Shown here: one piece after another, positions 19,845 through 28,641 of the stretch
Layout: each line of letters opens with the position of its first letter
Numbering within the stretch: position 1 is the first letter of the stretch
Assembly: GCA_037443805.1 (NCBI GenBank)
Contig: JBBINQ010000009.1
Location: 1,884-65,883, forward strand
DNA: 64,000 bases
Reading direction: 5' to 3'
Origin: a candidate division WOR-3 bacterium
Lineage (GTDB): Bacteria > Hydrothermota > Tepidihabitantia > SM23-42 > JAOAFX01
The notes under the pieces: generated by a model
What the model was told of the DNA's origin: nothing
Databases searched by the model: none
The model's input: only the letters and a program-made list of their open reading frames with translations
Program-made: the position numbers and the translations under genes

Positions 19845-20454
19845 GGAATTCCTTTAATTTTTCTATATCTTCCGGACCTTTGACTTCAAATATCTGCATC
19901 CCAACCTCTTTTGCTGGCACCAAATCCACATCATAACGGTCGCCCACCATAAGACATTCATCGGGTCTCACACCGATTTTATTGATAACCTTCTTAAAGA
20001 TTTCAGGGTCAGGTTTAATTAATTTAAAACTTTCATAGGTAAATTTATAATCAAAAATTTTTTCTATCTTGAGTTTCTTTAAAATCCGCTCGGTCTGAAT
20101 CTTATTATTATTCGTTAAAACGCCAAGTTTATATCTTTTTTTTAACTCTTTTAAAAAGTTTTGCAATTTTTTATCTTCACTGAGGTAGACTCCTGCGTCA
20201 AAGAATTTTATATTCTCCTTATGCCATTTTTCTATCGGAATATTAAAAGCGAGTAGTGCCAGAGTATAAGGCACAGCATAACCCCTCTCTCTTTTCATTT
20301 CATCCCTTTTTGTTTCAAGAATTTCCTTTGCTTTCTCAATTGTCGTATGCTTTATCAGAGCATAGGTATGGTATGCTGCCTCAGCAAATTTTTGATAAAT
20401 TTCTGCGCTTTTATAAAGCGTGCCATCAAGGTCAAAAAGGATTATTTTCAGCAT
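19834..20454 (-). CDS. HAD-superfamily hydrolase
   Basis: FDLDGTL, LTN, KPDP, VGDRYDVD. Confidence 0.92.
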   Translation of the reverse strand: MLKIILFDLDGTLYKSAEIYQKFAEAAYHTYALIKHTTIEKAKEILETKRDEMKRERGYAVPYTLALLAFNIPIEKWHKENIKFFDAGVYLSEDKKLQNFLKELKKRYKLGVLTNNNKIQTERILKKLKIEKIFDYKFTYESFKLIKPDPEIFKKVINKIGVRPDECLMVGDRYDVDLVPAKEVGMQIFEVKGPEDIEKLKEFLDF

Positions 20455-20465
20455 ATCAAAACAAA

Positions 20466-20520
20466 TGGGGCAGGCAATTCATATTTTCCTGAGTGTGGTC
20501 CATATAAATAGCCTGCCCCA
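20466..20520 (-). other. Long intergenic RNA hairpin after porB
   Basis: TGGGGCAGGC...GCCTGCCCCA arms, extendable to about 19 bp. Confidence 0.55.
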
Positions 20521-20525
20521 AAGAT

Positions 20526-21446
20526 TTATTCAGCGGACCTCTTTAAGAGTTTCTCCCATATTCTATCAACTTCTGCCTGAAATTCTTTTATTGGTGTATC
20601 GTCCTTTAATTTTAGCAAATGGGAAAATCTACCCTGCATCTTTAAAAATTCAACAATTGGCTTCTTCTCTTTTGGTTTTACTGTAATCCGATATTTTCCA
20701 TTCTCATACTCGTAAAGGGGCCAGACACAGGTTTCAACAGCAAGACGGGTTATTGCTGCAGTCTTTTCTGGTGGATATGCCCAGCCCAGACGGCAGGGTG
20801 AAAAGATATTGATAAAAGAGGGACCATTTGCATCCAGTGCCTTACGCACTTTGGTGACGAGGTCATTCCAGTAGCCGATCGTTGCCTGTGCCGCATATGC
20901 TGGTTCATGGGCAATGATAATCTCGGTAAGATTCTTTCGTGGCTGTAATTTACCAGGAATCTTTGTTCCGGCAGGAGATGTTGTTGTATGTGCACCATAT
21001 GGCGTTGCTGATGAGCGCTGGATTCCAGTATTCATATATGCTTCATTATTGTAACATACATATAAAACACGATGCCTTCTCTCAATCATTCCAGATAATG
21101 ACTGTAATCCAATATCATAAGTACCACCGTCGCCGCCAAACGCAATAAAACGAAGTTCTTTTGTAATCTTGCCCTTCTTTTTTAATGCATTATAAGCGAC
21201 TTCAACTCCGGACATTGTTGCTGCAACATTTTCAAATGCATTGTGGATATAGGGCACATTCCAGGCTGAATATGGATAGATTGTAGAAATGACCTCAAGA
21301 CAGCCTGTAGCAGCACCGACTACTACTGGATACTGCGCAGCAAGTAAGACCTGCCTTGCTATAATCGTCGCTCCACAACCTGCACAGGCACGATGCCCAC
21401 CAAGAAATTTCTCTCCTTGTTTTGCAAGTTCTTTTAGTGATGCCAT
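20526..21446 (-). CDS. porB: Pyruvate/2-oxoacid:ferredoxin oxidoreductase beta subunit
   Basis: GHRACAGCG, GGDGGTYDIG, YNNEAYMNTG. Confidence 0.95.
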   Translation of the reverse strand: MASLKELAKQGEKFLGGHRACAGCGATIIARQVLLAAQYPVVVGAATGCLEVISTIYPYSAWNVPYIHNAFENVAATMSGVEVAYNALKKKGKITKELRFIAFGGDGGTYDIGLQSLSGMIERRHRVLYVCYNNEAYMNTGIQRSSATPYGAHTTTSPAGTKIPGKLQPRKNLTEIIIAHEPAYAAQATIGYWNDLVTKVRKALDANGPSFINIFSPCRLGWAYPPEKTAAITRLAVETCVWPLYEYENGKYRITVKPKEKKPIVEFLKMQGRFSHLLKLKDDTPIKEFQAEVDRIWEKLLKRSAE

Positions 21447-22618
21447 TATTCCCCCCTTACTCCATAATATACAATATCTTTATCAACCTTACCCGTATTC
21501 TTAATCTTGAGTAGTTGTTCAAAGACTGTTTCAATCTCTTCAATGCTGATATCCCGTCCACCAAGTCCATAGATATAGTTTTTAATTAAGGGTTTTTTAT
21601 CTGCATCATAAAGAATAGAACGGCAGTCATTATATAGATGGCCGCCCATTGTAGAGAATGTATCAGCGCGGTCCATAATACCGAGTGCCTTTACCTTTGT
21701 TATTGCCCTGAGCATTGCTTGCTTGGGAAATGGACGATAAATTCGGCAGCGAATCAAACCCACCTTTTTACCCTGCTCACGCATCCTTTCAACTGCCACC
21801 TTTGCAGTTCCACCAGTAGAACCCATGGCAAGGATTGCTACTTCTGCATCATCCATTTTATATTCATCAACAATTGGATAATACCTGCCAAATGTATCAC
21901 CAAAATCTTTTTGCACTTTTTCAATTATTGGCAGACAATTGTTCATCGCCTCAATCTCCTGACGCTTATGTTCAAAATAATAGTCCTGCAAATCAAGTGA
22001 ACCCAGGGTTATCGGTTTATCAATATCAAGCAGGTTATTTACCACCTTTCTTTCACCAAGCCATTTGGGCACCTTCTTATCGTCAATAAGTTCAATCCTT
22101 TCCATACCATGGCTGATAATAAATCCATCGGTCGTTACCATTGCCGGCAACATAATCTCCTCTGCCATCTTCACTGCCATAATTGTTGTATCATATGCTT
22201 CCTGGGTATTTTCAGTAAATATCTGTAGCCAGCCTGAATCACGGGAAGCCAGTGAATCTGAATGGTCACAATGGATATTGATGGGGCTTGATAGGGCACG
22301 ATTGACCAAACAGATAACGATTGGTAAACGCATACCGGCAGCAATAAAAAGGATTTCATGCATTAAGGCAAGCCCCTGGGAAGATGTTGAGGTCATCACC
22401 CGTGCACCTGCGGCTGATGCACCAACACAGGCACTGAGTGCTGAATGCTCACTCTCTGCTGGCACAAATTCAGTGGTCACAAGGCCATCTGCTACAAATG
22501 AGGCAAATAATTGAACAACCTCGGTTGCTGGAGTGATTGGATATGCAGCAACCACATCAGGATTTATCTGCCTCATTGCTTCTGCCATTGCTTCATTACC
22601 AGTGCGGGCAACTATCAT
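21446..22618 (-). CDS. porA: Pyruvate/2-oxoacid:ferredoxin oxidoreductase alpha subunit
   Basis: AYPITP, ESEHSA, TSSQG, YGLGGRD; start moved to ATG 22618 (AGGGAGG RBS, overlaps the porD stop). Confidence 0.95.
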   Translation of the reverse strand: MIVARTGNEAMAEAMRQINPDVVAAYPITPATEVVQLFASFVADGLVTTEFVPAESEHSALSACVGASAAGARVMTSTSSQGLALMHEILFIAAGMRLPIVICLVNRALSSPINIHCDHSDSLASRDSGWLQIFTENTQEAYDTTIMAVKMAEEIMLPAMVTTDGFIISHGMERIELIDDKKVPKWLGERKVVNNLLDIDKPITLGSLDLQDYYFEHKRQEIEAMNNCLPIIEKVQKDFGDTFGRYYPIVDEYKMDDAEVAILAMGSTGGTAKVAVERMREQGKKVGLIRCRIYRPFPKQAMLRAITKVKALGIMDRADTFSTMGGHLYNDCRSILYDADKKPLIKNYIYGLGGRDISIEEIETVFEQLLKIKNTGKVDKDIVYYGVRGE

Positions 22619-22905
22619 TTTTCCTCCCTGACCATTGTGATTGCCTTTATCTTTGGTGGACATTCCTCAGCGCAGATGCCACAGCCTTTACAGTATTTAT
22701 AGTCTATCCCCTGAACCTTACCGTCTTTAATAATGATTGCAGAATCAGGACAGTATATCCAGCAGATAAGACAATGCGTGCACTTTTTTTCATCCCAGAT
22801 TGGTTTATCACTGCGCCAATCACCAGTCTCAAATTCTTTGCTGGTGCCAGAATCCAGAACTAATCCTATGGGGATTTCTTTCCAGCCTTTTTTCTCTTTT
22901 TTCAT
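22615..22905 (-). CDS. porD: Oxidoreductase delta subunit (2x[4Fe-4S])
   Basis: TGDWR, CTHCLICWIYCP, CKGCGICAEECP. Confidence 0.95.
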   Translation of the reverse strand: MKKEKKGWKEIPIGLVLDSGTSKEFETGDWRSDKPIWDEKKCTHCLICWIYCPDSAIIIKDGKVQGIDYKYCKGCGICAEECPPKIKAITMVREEK

Positions 22906-23474
22906 TCTTTTACCTCCTCATATGCCCGAATAATTGCTTTGATATTTCCTTCAACTACATCAGGCCGATTGGGAAACTTATGTTCAAGACGCTTTTTCAC
23001 TGATTCTAACATCGGTTCAAAATCTAAGAGTTTGGACACCTTTATCAATGCACCAAGCATTGGAGTATTAGGAATATCGCGTTTCAAAATATCTTTTGCA
23101 ATCTTGCTTGCATCCACGACATAGACCTTCTGTTTTTTTATTTTTAATTGTTCTTTTATTTCCTGGGCTGTCTTCTGGGTATTTACTAAAATAATCCCAT
23201 CATCAGCAAGCCCTTCAGTAACATCTATGGTCTCCATCAATGTAGGGTCAAGAACAACTACAATATTCGGGCTCTTGATCCCACAATGTTGCAGGATAGG
23301 TTTATCTGATAATCTATTAAAAGCAAATACTGGTGCACCCATCCTTTCTGGACCATACTCAGGAAATGCCTGGATATATTTTCCTGTTTCAACAGCAGCA
23401 TCAGCAAACAGGAGTGCCGCAGTCTTTGCACCCTGGCCTCCTCTGCCGTGCCACCTGATTTCAAGTAATGCCAT
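22902..23474 (-). CDS. porC: Oxidoreductase gamma subunit
   Basis: HGRGGQG, YGPERMGAP. Confidence 0.95.
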   Translation of the reverse strand: MALLEIRWHGRGGQGAKTAALLFADAAVETGKYIQAFPEYGPERMGAPVFAFNRLSDKPILQHCGIKSPNIVVVLDPTLMETIDVTEGLADDGIILVNTQKTAQEIKEQLKIKKQKVYVVDASKIAKDILKRDIPNTPMLGALIKVSKLLDFEPMLESVKKRLEHKFPNRPDVVEGNIKAIIRAYEEVKE

Positions 23475-23585
23475 TATTCACTCCTTTTTTATAAAATATT
23501 GCCCCTTTTTATTCTAAAACTATGGGGTGATTTTAAATTTAATCTTGCCGTTAGTGTATTTCTCTTAATAGATAGTTATATTTCT

Positions 23586-23729
23586 ATTATATGCATTTTT
23601 TTCAGGAAGTCAAGGGATATTAGCAAACATTAACACACATCCTTACCAGTTTAAAAAGGCTCAAGAAGGCTAAAAAAGACTAAAGGGCGAATAAAAAATC
23701 CTTGACTTTTGTGAGAAAATATATATAAT
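23586..23729. promoter_or_regulatory. Divergent sigma70-type promoters (por operon and lipoprotein gene)
   Basis: Minus strand TTGACT-N16-TATAAT at 23613-23586; plus strand TTGACT-N16-TATAAT at 23702-23729. Confidence 0.75.
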
Positions 23730-23765
23730 CATAGGGTAATATTATAAGAGCAAAAAGGAGGTAAA

Positions 23766-25175
23766 ATGAAAAAGCTCTTAATCCCGTTGATGGCAGTAAT
23801 ACTAATGTTCTTAGGTTGCCCTTCTGAAACCGAAGTAGCAACGGTCACGGTCACACCAGGTACTGCTTCTATTTCTATTGGCTCAACCCAGCAATTTACT
23901 GCCACTGCATATGATGCAGACAATAATGAAGTTACAGATGTTGATTTTACCTGGACTTCATCAGATACCACTGTTGCAACAGTGAATGCAAGTGGTCTGG
24001 CAACTGGTGTCAGTGGTGGTACCTGCACAATTACGGCGACGACCGGTGATGTAAGCGGAACTGCCACACTTACTGTCACAACCGGTCCTACCACTCACAG
24101 TGGTGCAATAACTGCGGATGAAACCTGGTACCCAAGTGCCAACCCACATATTATTGAAGATGATGTATGGGTAGAGAATAATGCTACATTGACCATAAAA
24201 CCAGGCTGTATTGTCAAGTTTAACCAAGGCACTGAATTATATGCTGGATATTCCAGCACTGCTGGTGCAATCATTGCCAATGGCACTGCTGATTCTACCA
24301 TTCTCTTTACTTCCAATGTTGCAAGCCCATCTCCTGGAGATTGGTATAATGTAGGATTATATGACAATGCAATGAATACTTCAAGTTTCAGTTATTGCAT
24401 ATTTGAGTATGGTGGTGGTTCATCAAGCTGGGCCGGAGAACTCCATGCCGAAGGAATCACATTCGTAAAGATTTCCAATTGCACATTCAGACACAGCGGT
24501 AATTATGGTGTGTATCTTGCAAGTGATGCTGGTTTTAATACCTTCACTAATAATACAATTACCAGTTGTGCCCAATATCCATTGCATATCAACTGCGAAT
24601 ATGTGCGCACAATTGGAAGCGGTAATACACTGACTGGTAATACAATTGATGCAGTTGAGGTTACGGGTGGCACTGTTCACACCAGCGGAACCTGGGTCAA
24701 TCCTGGTGTTCCTTATGTTATTGATGATTATGTCGCAATTGAAGATAATACAACGAATCCAGTTATTACCATTGCACCAGGCAATATCATAAGATTCCAA
24801 CCCGATGTTGATTTCTATGTGGGTTATAATGGCTCAGGCGGTTTAATTGCTGATGGAACCAGTGGAAGAATCAGATTTACAAGCAATGTTGCCTCACCGA
24901 GTCCAGGAGATTGGTATAATATCGGTTTTTATGATCTGTCAATAGATGCATCCTGCCAATTGATAAATTGCACTATTGAATATGGTGGTGGTTCATCAAG
25001 CTGGCCCGGGCTCATCTATATTGAAGACGCACTTCCAACAATCACGGGTGATTCACTTGGTCATAGTGGTAATTGGGGAATATATTTAAATGGTACAGTC
25101 TATCCCAATCCCAATGACCTGCTTAACAATAATACTTTTTATGATTGCCCGAGCGGAAATGTGCGAGTGCCATAA
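23766..25175 (+). CDS. Lipoprotein with Big_2 Ig-like domain and a duplicated right-handed beta-helix region
   Basis: Lipobox FLGC; VTVTPG...WTSSD..VATV Ig domain; two copies of FTSNVASPSPGDWYN...EYGGGSSSW. Confidence 0.85.
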   Translation: MKKLLIPLMAVILMFLGCPSETEVATVTVTPGTASISIGSTQQFTATAYDADNNEVTDVDFTWTSSDTTVATVNASGLATGVSGGTCTITATTGDVSGTATLTVTTGPTTHSGAITADETWYPSANPHIIEDDVWVENNATLTIKPGCIVKFNQGTELYAGYSSTAGAIIANGTADSTILFTSNVASPSPGDWYNVGLYDNAMNTSSFSYCIFEYGGGSSSWAGELHAEGITFVKISNCTFRHSGNYGVYLASDAGFNTFTNNTITSCAQYPLHINCEYVRTIGSGNTLTGNTIDAVEVTGGTVHTSGTWVNPGVPYVIDDYVAIEDNTTNPVITIAPGNIIRFQPDVDFYVGYNGSGGLIADGTSGRIRFTSNVASPSPGDWYNIGFYDLSIDASCQLINCTIEYGGGSSSWPGLIYIEDALPTITGDSLGHSGNWGIYLNGTVYPNPNDLLNNNTFYDCPSGNVRVP

Positions 25176-25197
25176 AAAGCATAGATTATAAAGATAC

Positions 25198-25222
25198 AAG
25201 GGGGCGTAAACACGCCCCCTTA
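25198..25222. terminator. Intrinsic terminator between convergent genes
   Basis: AAGGGGGCGT-AAAC-ACGCCCCCTT. Confidence 0.8.
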
Positions 25223-25276
25223 TTATTTTACAATATTAAAATTGGTTAAGAGAAAAGAGTATAAAAGTATATCTAA

Positions 25277-26134
25277 TTATTGAATTACAATCTCGATCTT
25301 TGAATATTTAGGTAATAATCCAGGAATAAATCTTGGCGCTGTGCTTACCCCTTTATCAGGCAATACAGCCCGTTTTGTAATCTCATTGAGTATTGCCTCG
25401 CCCCGTGAACGAGCCAGTGATTCAGATTCTGAATAAGAATAGACTACAACCTCTTTTTTGAACTTTTCTTTGACAAGATTGGCAATCTCCTCAATATAGG
25501 GTCCGGCTTCACTATGGAAACTATATGAGTCTTCATTGAACAGAACCTTTGATGCAACCGCAATAATTGTTGTTCCCTTTTCTTCATATACAATACCATT
25601 AAATTTATAAGCCCGTCCTGTGATACGCGTTGGATTTCCAATGGCATCAAATGCAGTAAAAACATAGTTATACACCTCACCCATATTACACATCTCACCA
25701 TTATCAGTCCTGCCATCCCAGTATAATGCAGGAGGTGGCATTCCCCTCTGGGCATAACGCCTCACCACATCACCCTTTGCATCAATTATGACAAGTTCCC
25801 AGGATGAAACTGTTTTTTCAAACTTAGGTATGAAAAGGGCAATACTACCATACATAAATCTTGCCACAAGCGGAACCCTTAAATATTCACTATGGAGATA
25901 TAGAATGGGTGTATTTAAAGCATCAATTGTGCTATATAATTTTTCATCAAAAATATACCGTTCTTTTGAGATTATTGAATCAAGCGGCGCAAATGGATTA
26001 AGTTCAACCTGTAAATATATCTTTGGGTCAGTAATCTTAAACTTTAATTCACCCTTAATAACCTCTTCACCAATTTCGTGTTCAGATTTTTTTGCTTCCT
26101 GTGATAATAAAAAAATCAGTAAAAGGAATTCCAC
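25277..26134 (-). CDS. Exported protein with FlgD-like Ig domain and degenerate OmpA-like C-terminus
   Basis: WELVIIDAKGDVVR...WDGRTDNG...AFDAIGN; the tail VLFNEDS...LARSRGEAI...KIEIVI echoes OmpA_C. Confidence 0.6.
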   Translation of the reverse strand: MEFLLLIFLLSQEAKKSEHEIGEEVIKGELKFKITDPKIYLQVELNPFAPLDSIISKERYIFDEKLYSTIDALNTPILYLHSEYLRVPLVARFMYGSIALFIPKFEKTVSSWELVIIDAKGDVVRRYAQRGMPPPALYWDGRTDNGEMCNMGEVYNYVFTAFDAIGNPTRITGRAYKFNGIVYEEKGTTIIAVASKVLFNEDSYSFHSEAGPYIEEIANLVKEKFKKEVVVYSYSESESLARSRGEAILNEITKRAVLPDKGVSTAPRFIPGLLPKYSKIEIVIQ

Positions 26135-26173
26135 TCTATCCTCCCTGATACCACAAAAAGTTATAATGTAAAA

Positions 26174-27079
26174 TTATCCACATACAAATCTAAATGTAAT
26201 AATACCCCATTGGATTTCCTGTTTGACACTTGCGGGCAGTGGTGCAAATAACCAAGCCTTTACTGCATTCACCACACTCTGGTCAAGGTCTGGATAGCCT
26301 GAAGAGATTTCAATCCTGATATTTTCACGCACACTTCCTTCAGGATTGACCTCAACCCTTATCTTAACTACACCAGATATGCCTCTCTGCAAACACCAGG
26401 CAGGATACTGGGGTAATAATTTTCGTAATATCTCACGGTCAGCAATTGGACCAGCAAGTGAGATGGCTGTTCCTTTGGTTTCCACCTTCAATTTTTCTTC
26501 AATTTTTGTCTCTACCTGTTTCCCAATCTGAGATGTGGGAGTAGTGGGCGGTGGTTTTTTATCTATCTTTATTGTTGGTGCGGTCGCCTGTTTACCAATG
26601 CCACCATAAACACCAATTCCGGTTCCACCCTCTGTGCCTGCGCCTCTGGGTAGATTCTTTGCCAGTGAAATTGGCTTCTCTGCAAGAATCTCTTCAGTGG
26701 ATTTCATTGTGCCATTTTTAGAACTACCAATCTTTATGACCTCACCTGTGCCTTCTTGTGGTGCATATCGTTCAAGGTCAATCTTTGCCTGACTGCGGTC
26801 AAGTTTCACATTCAAATCTATTGCTGGTGTTACAATATCACTTCCACCATAAGTACCAGAAGCAGGTGCTGGAGTCTCACTCACCTCTGCCCAGATTGAA
26901 CCTTTTGATACCACCTTTGCCACTTCAGGACGATAAGATTGGTCAAGGAATGTCACTTCTTTTATATCTTCATAATTACCTGTAGATGCTGAGCTCGGAC
27001 GGGAAAAGAGCAAAAACAATACAATGTGAATAATGATTGAAATAACAATACCGATATCCAATCTTTTATCTTTTAACAT
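26174..27079 (-). CDS. tonB: TonB family energy transducer
   Basis: TM SIIIH (SHLS-like), low-complexity linker, PQYP...G.V.IRVEV..G...SSG..LDQS....W.F.P C-domain. Confidence 0.85.
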   Translation of the reverse strand: MLKDKRLDIGIVISIIIHIVLFLLFSRPSSASTGNYEDIKEVTFLDQSYRPEVAKVVSKGSIWAEVSETPAPASGTYGGSDIVTPAIDLNVKLDRSQAKIDLERYAPQEGTGEVIKIGSSKNGTMKSTEEILAEKPISLAKNLPRGAGTEGGTGIGVYGGIGKQATAPTIKIDKKPPPTTPTSQIGKQVETKIEEKLKVETKGTAISLAGPIADREILRKLLPQYPAWCLQRGISGVVKIRVEVNPEGSVRENIRIEISSGYPDLDQSVVNAVKAWLFAPLPASVKQEIQWGIITFRFVCG

Positions 27080-27471
27080 TATTCACCCTTTGGTTTTTTA
27101 GTGGCACAGGCAATGCGCTTTGCGCCTGCCGCCTTTATCTTAGCAAGGATTTCAAGCACATCCTTGTGCAAAACAGTCTTATCTGCCCGAATAACAATCA
27201 ATTGATAAGGGTCCTGTTCTACAGCCTGCCTTACAATACTCTCAAAATTTTCAGGTGCTACTGGTTGGTCATTTACAAATAATCTCTGGTCCGCAGTATA
27301 AGTAACAGTAAAATTCTCTTCGGTCTTTGCCTCAGCCGTGTGTGCCCTGGGCACCTCAACTGGTGTATTGGTATGGGTCATCGTCATCGGTGCAAGAATC
27401 ATCATCATTAAAACAACCATCAAAGCCACTGCTGCCATTGGTAGAATATCAATGTTATCCATTCTCTTCAT
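27079..27471 (-). CDS. exbD: ExbD/TolR family protein
   Basis: IDILPMAAVALMVVLMMM TM (canonical Asp apparently Ala), IRADK. Confidence 0.85.
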   Translation of the reverse strand: MKRMDNIDILPMAAVALMVVLMMMILAPMTMTHTNTPVEVPRAHTAEAKTEENFTVTYTADQRLFVNDQPVAPENFESIVRQAVEQDPYQLIVIRADKTVLHKDVLEILAKIKAAGAKRIACATKKPKGE

Positions 27472-27881
27472 CTTCTGCTCCTTAATAAGGCTAATTCTCC
27501 AGCACCTTTCTGTTTTGCCAGGTCAAGAATCTGGATTACCCTTTCGTATGTAACCTCAGAATCAGTAGAGATAATCACCCTTTTTTCCAGACTTCGCGCA
27601 AGAAGTTGCGGAAGCAATTCTTCTAACTTTTCATAACTGACCAGTTCTTCATTTAAGAGTATCCCACCATCACTCAATAAATGGATATTCACTTTAATAT
27701 CACTTACCTCAGCAGCAGAACCTGAAGCCACACCTGGCGCATTCACAAAAATGCCGGATTCAAAAAATAGCGGTATTGCGACAATAAATCCTATAACCAA
27801 AGAAAGCGCAATATCCACCAGGGAATTGAGAATCAAACCCTGGGGTTCTGCACCGAAATTTAATCGCTTTCTTTTCTTCAT
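27468..27881 (-). CDS. exbD: ExbD/TolR family protein
   Basis: LNSLVDIALSL TM with conserved Asp; V.YERVIQILD. Confidence 0.85.
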   Translation of the reverse strand: MKKRKRLNFGAEPQGLILNSLVDIALSLVIGFIVAIPLFFESGIFVNAPGVASGSAAEVSDIKVNIHLLSDGGILLNEELVSYEKLEELLPQLLARSLEKRVIISTDSEVTYERVIQILDLAKQKGAGELALLRSRR

Positions 27882-27906
27882 AATAATATCAAACCCATTT
27901 CATATC

Positions 27907-28614
27907 TTAGAACTTCCAGCTCGTATCTTCAGCAGGTGGTTGTGGCGCAGGCTTTGGTGCTGGTGCTGGCTCAGGATTCACGCTTCCAGATTTTTTCTTT
28001 AATGTATCTAAGAGCACAATAAGTTTATCAGCGGCACCATCAAGTGCCATTGCTAATTCATTACTCTTTTTTGTATAATAATTGTAGAAAAATAGTGTAG
28101 GAATACCGATAAATAGTCCAAATGCAGTTGTCAATAGTGCTTCAGCAATACCTGCTGAAATTACTGCAGGACCGCCAGACCCGGTAATGGAAATATTGTG
28201 GAATGCCCTTATCAATCCAGTAACCGTGCCTAAAAGTCCTAATAAGGTTGCTGCATTTGCCAGTGTTCCCATACCGCCAAGATAACGGTCAAACTTGAGT
28301 TTTTCTTCAATAATATAGCTTGATAGCACATCATACAGATTCTCTGCGTCAAGATGCTGATTCTGCAGGGCAACAGTGAATAGCCCGAACAATGGATTCT
28401 TTTTTTGACTGGCATAGGCAAGGGCTCCATTTACGCCCTGACTTCTCAGCACCTGGCTAAAACGCAAAAATCCAGTGCGCGTATCAAAACTGTGCCTTAC
28501 AAAATATAAGAACCGCTCTATTATTAATGCCAGTGCAATAATAGAACATACTAACAGAATAAGCATCACAATACTGTTCTTAAATACATCAACCAATGGT
28601 TGTCCAAGTATCAT
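27907..28614 (-). CDS. exbB: MotA/TolQ/ExbB proton channel protein
   Basis: LLGLLGTVTGLIRAF, GIAEALLTTAFGL. Confidence 0.93.
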   Translation of the reverse strand: MILGQPLVDVFKNSIVMLILLVCSIIALALIIERFLYFVRHSFDTRTGFLRFSQVLRSQGVNGALAYASQKKNPLFGLFTVALQNQHLDAENLYDVLSSYIIEEKLKFDRYLGGMGTLANAATLLGLLGTVTGLIRAFHNISITGSGGPAVISAGIAEALLTTAFGLFIGIPTLFFYNYYTKKSNELAMALDGAADKLIVLLDTLKKKSGSVNPEPAPAPKPAPQPPAEDTSWKF

Positions 28615-28641
28615 TTTTTACCTCCTATGTAACTTGTTTTT

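Noticed and set aside
23655-23690. Degenerate 10-mer repeats (aaggctcaag aaggctaaaa aagactaaag) between divergent promoters
   Set aside because: Three imperfect A-rich copies are too weak to call an operator or repeat family
24290-25010. Internal duplication in the lipoprotein gene as a DGR template/variable repeat pair
   Set aside because: Both copies are in frame in one gene, mismatches are not adenine-specific, and no reverse transcriptase is present
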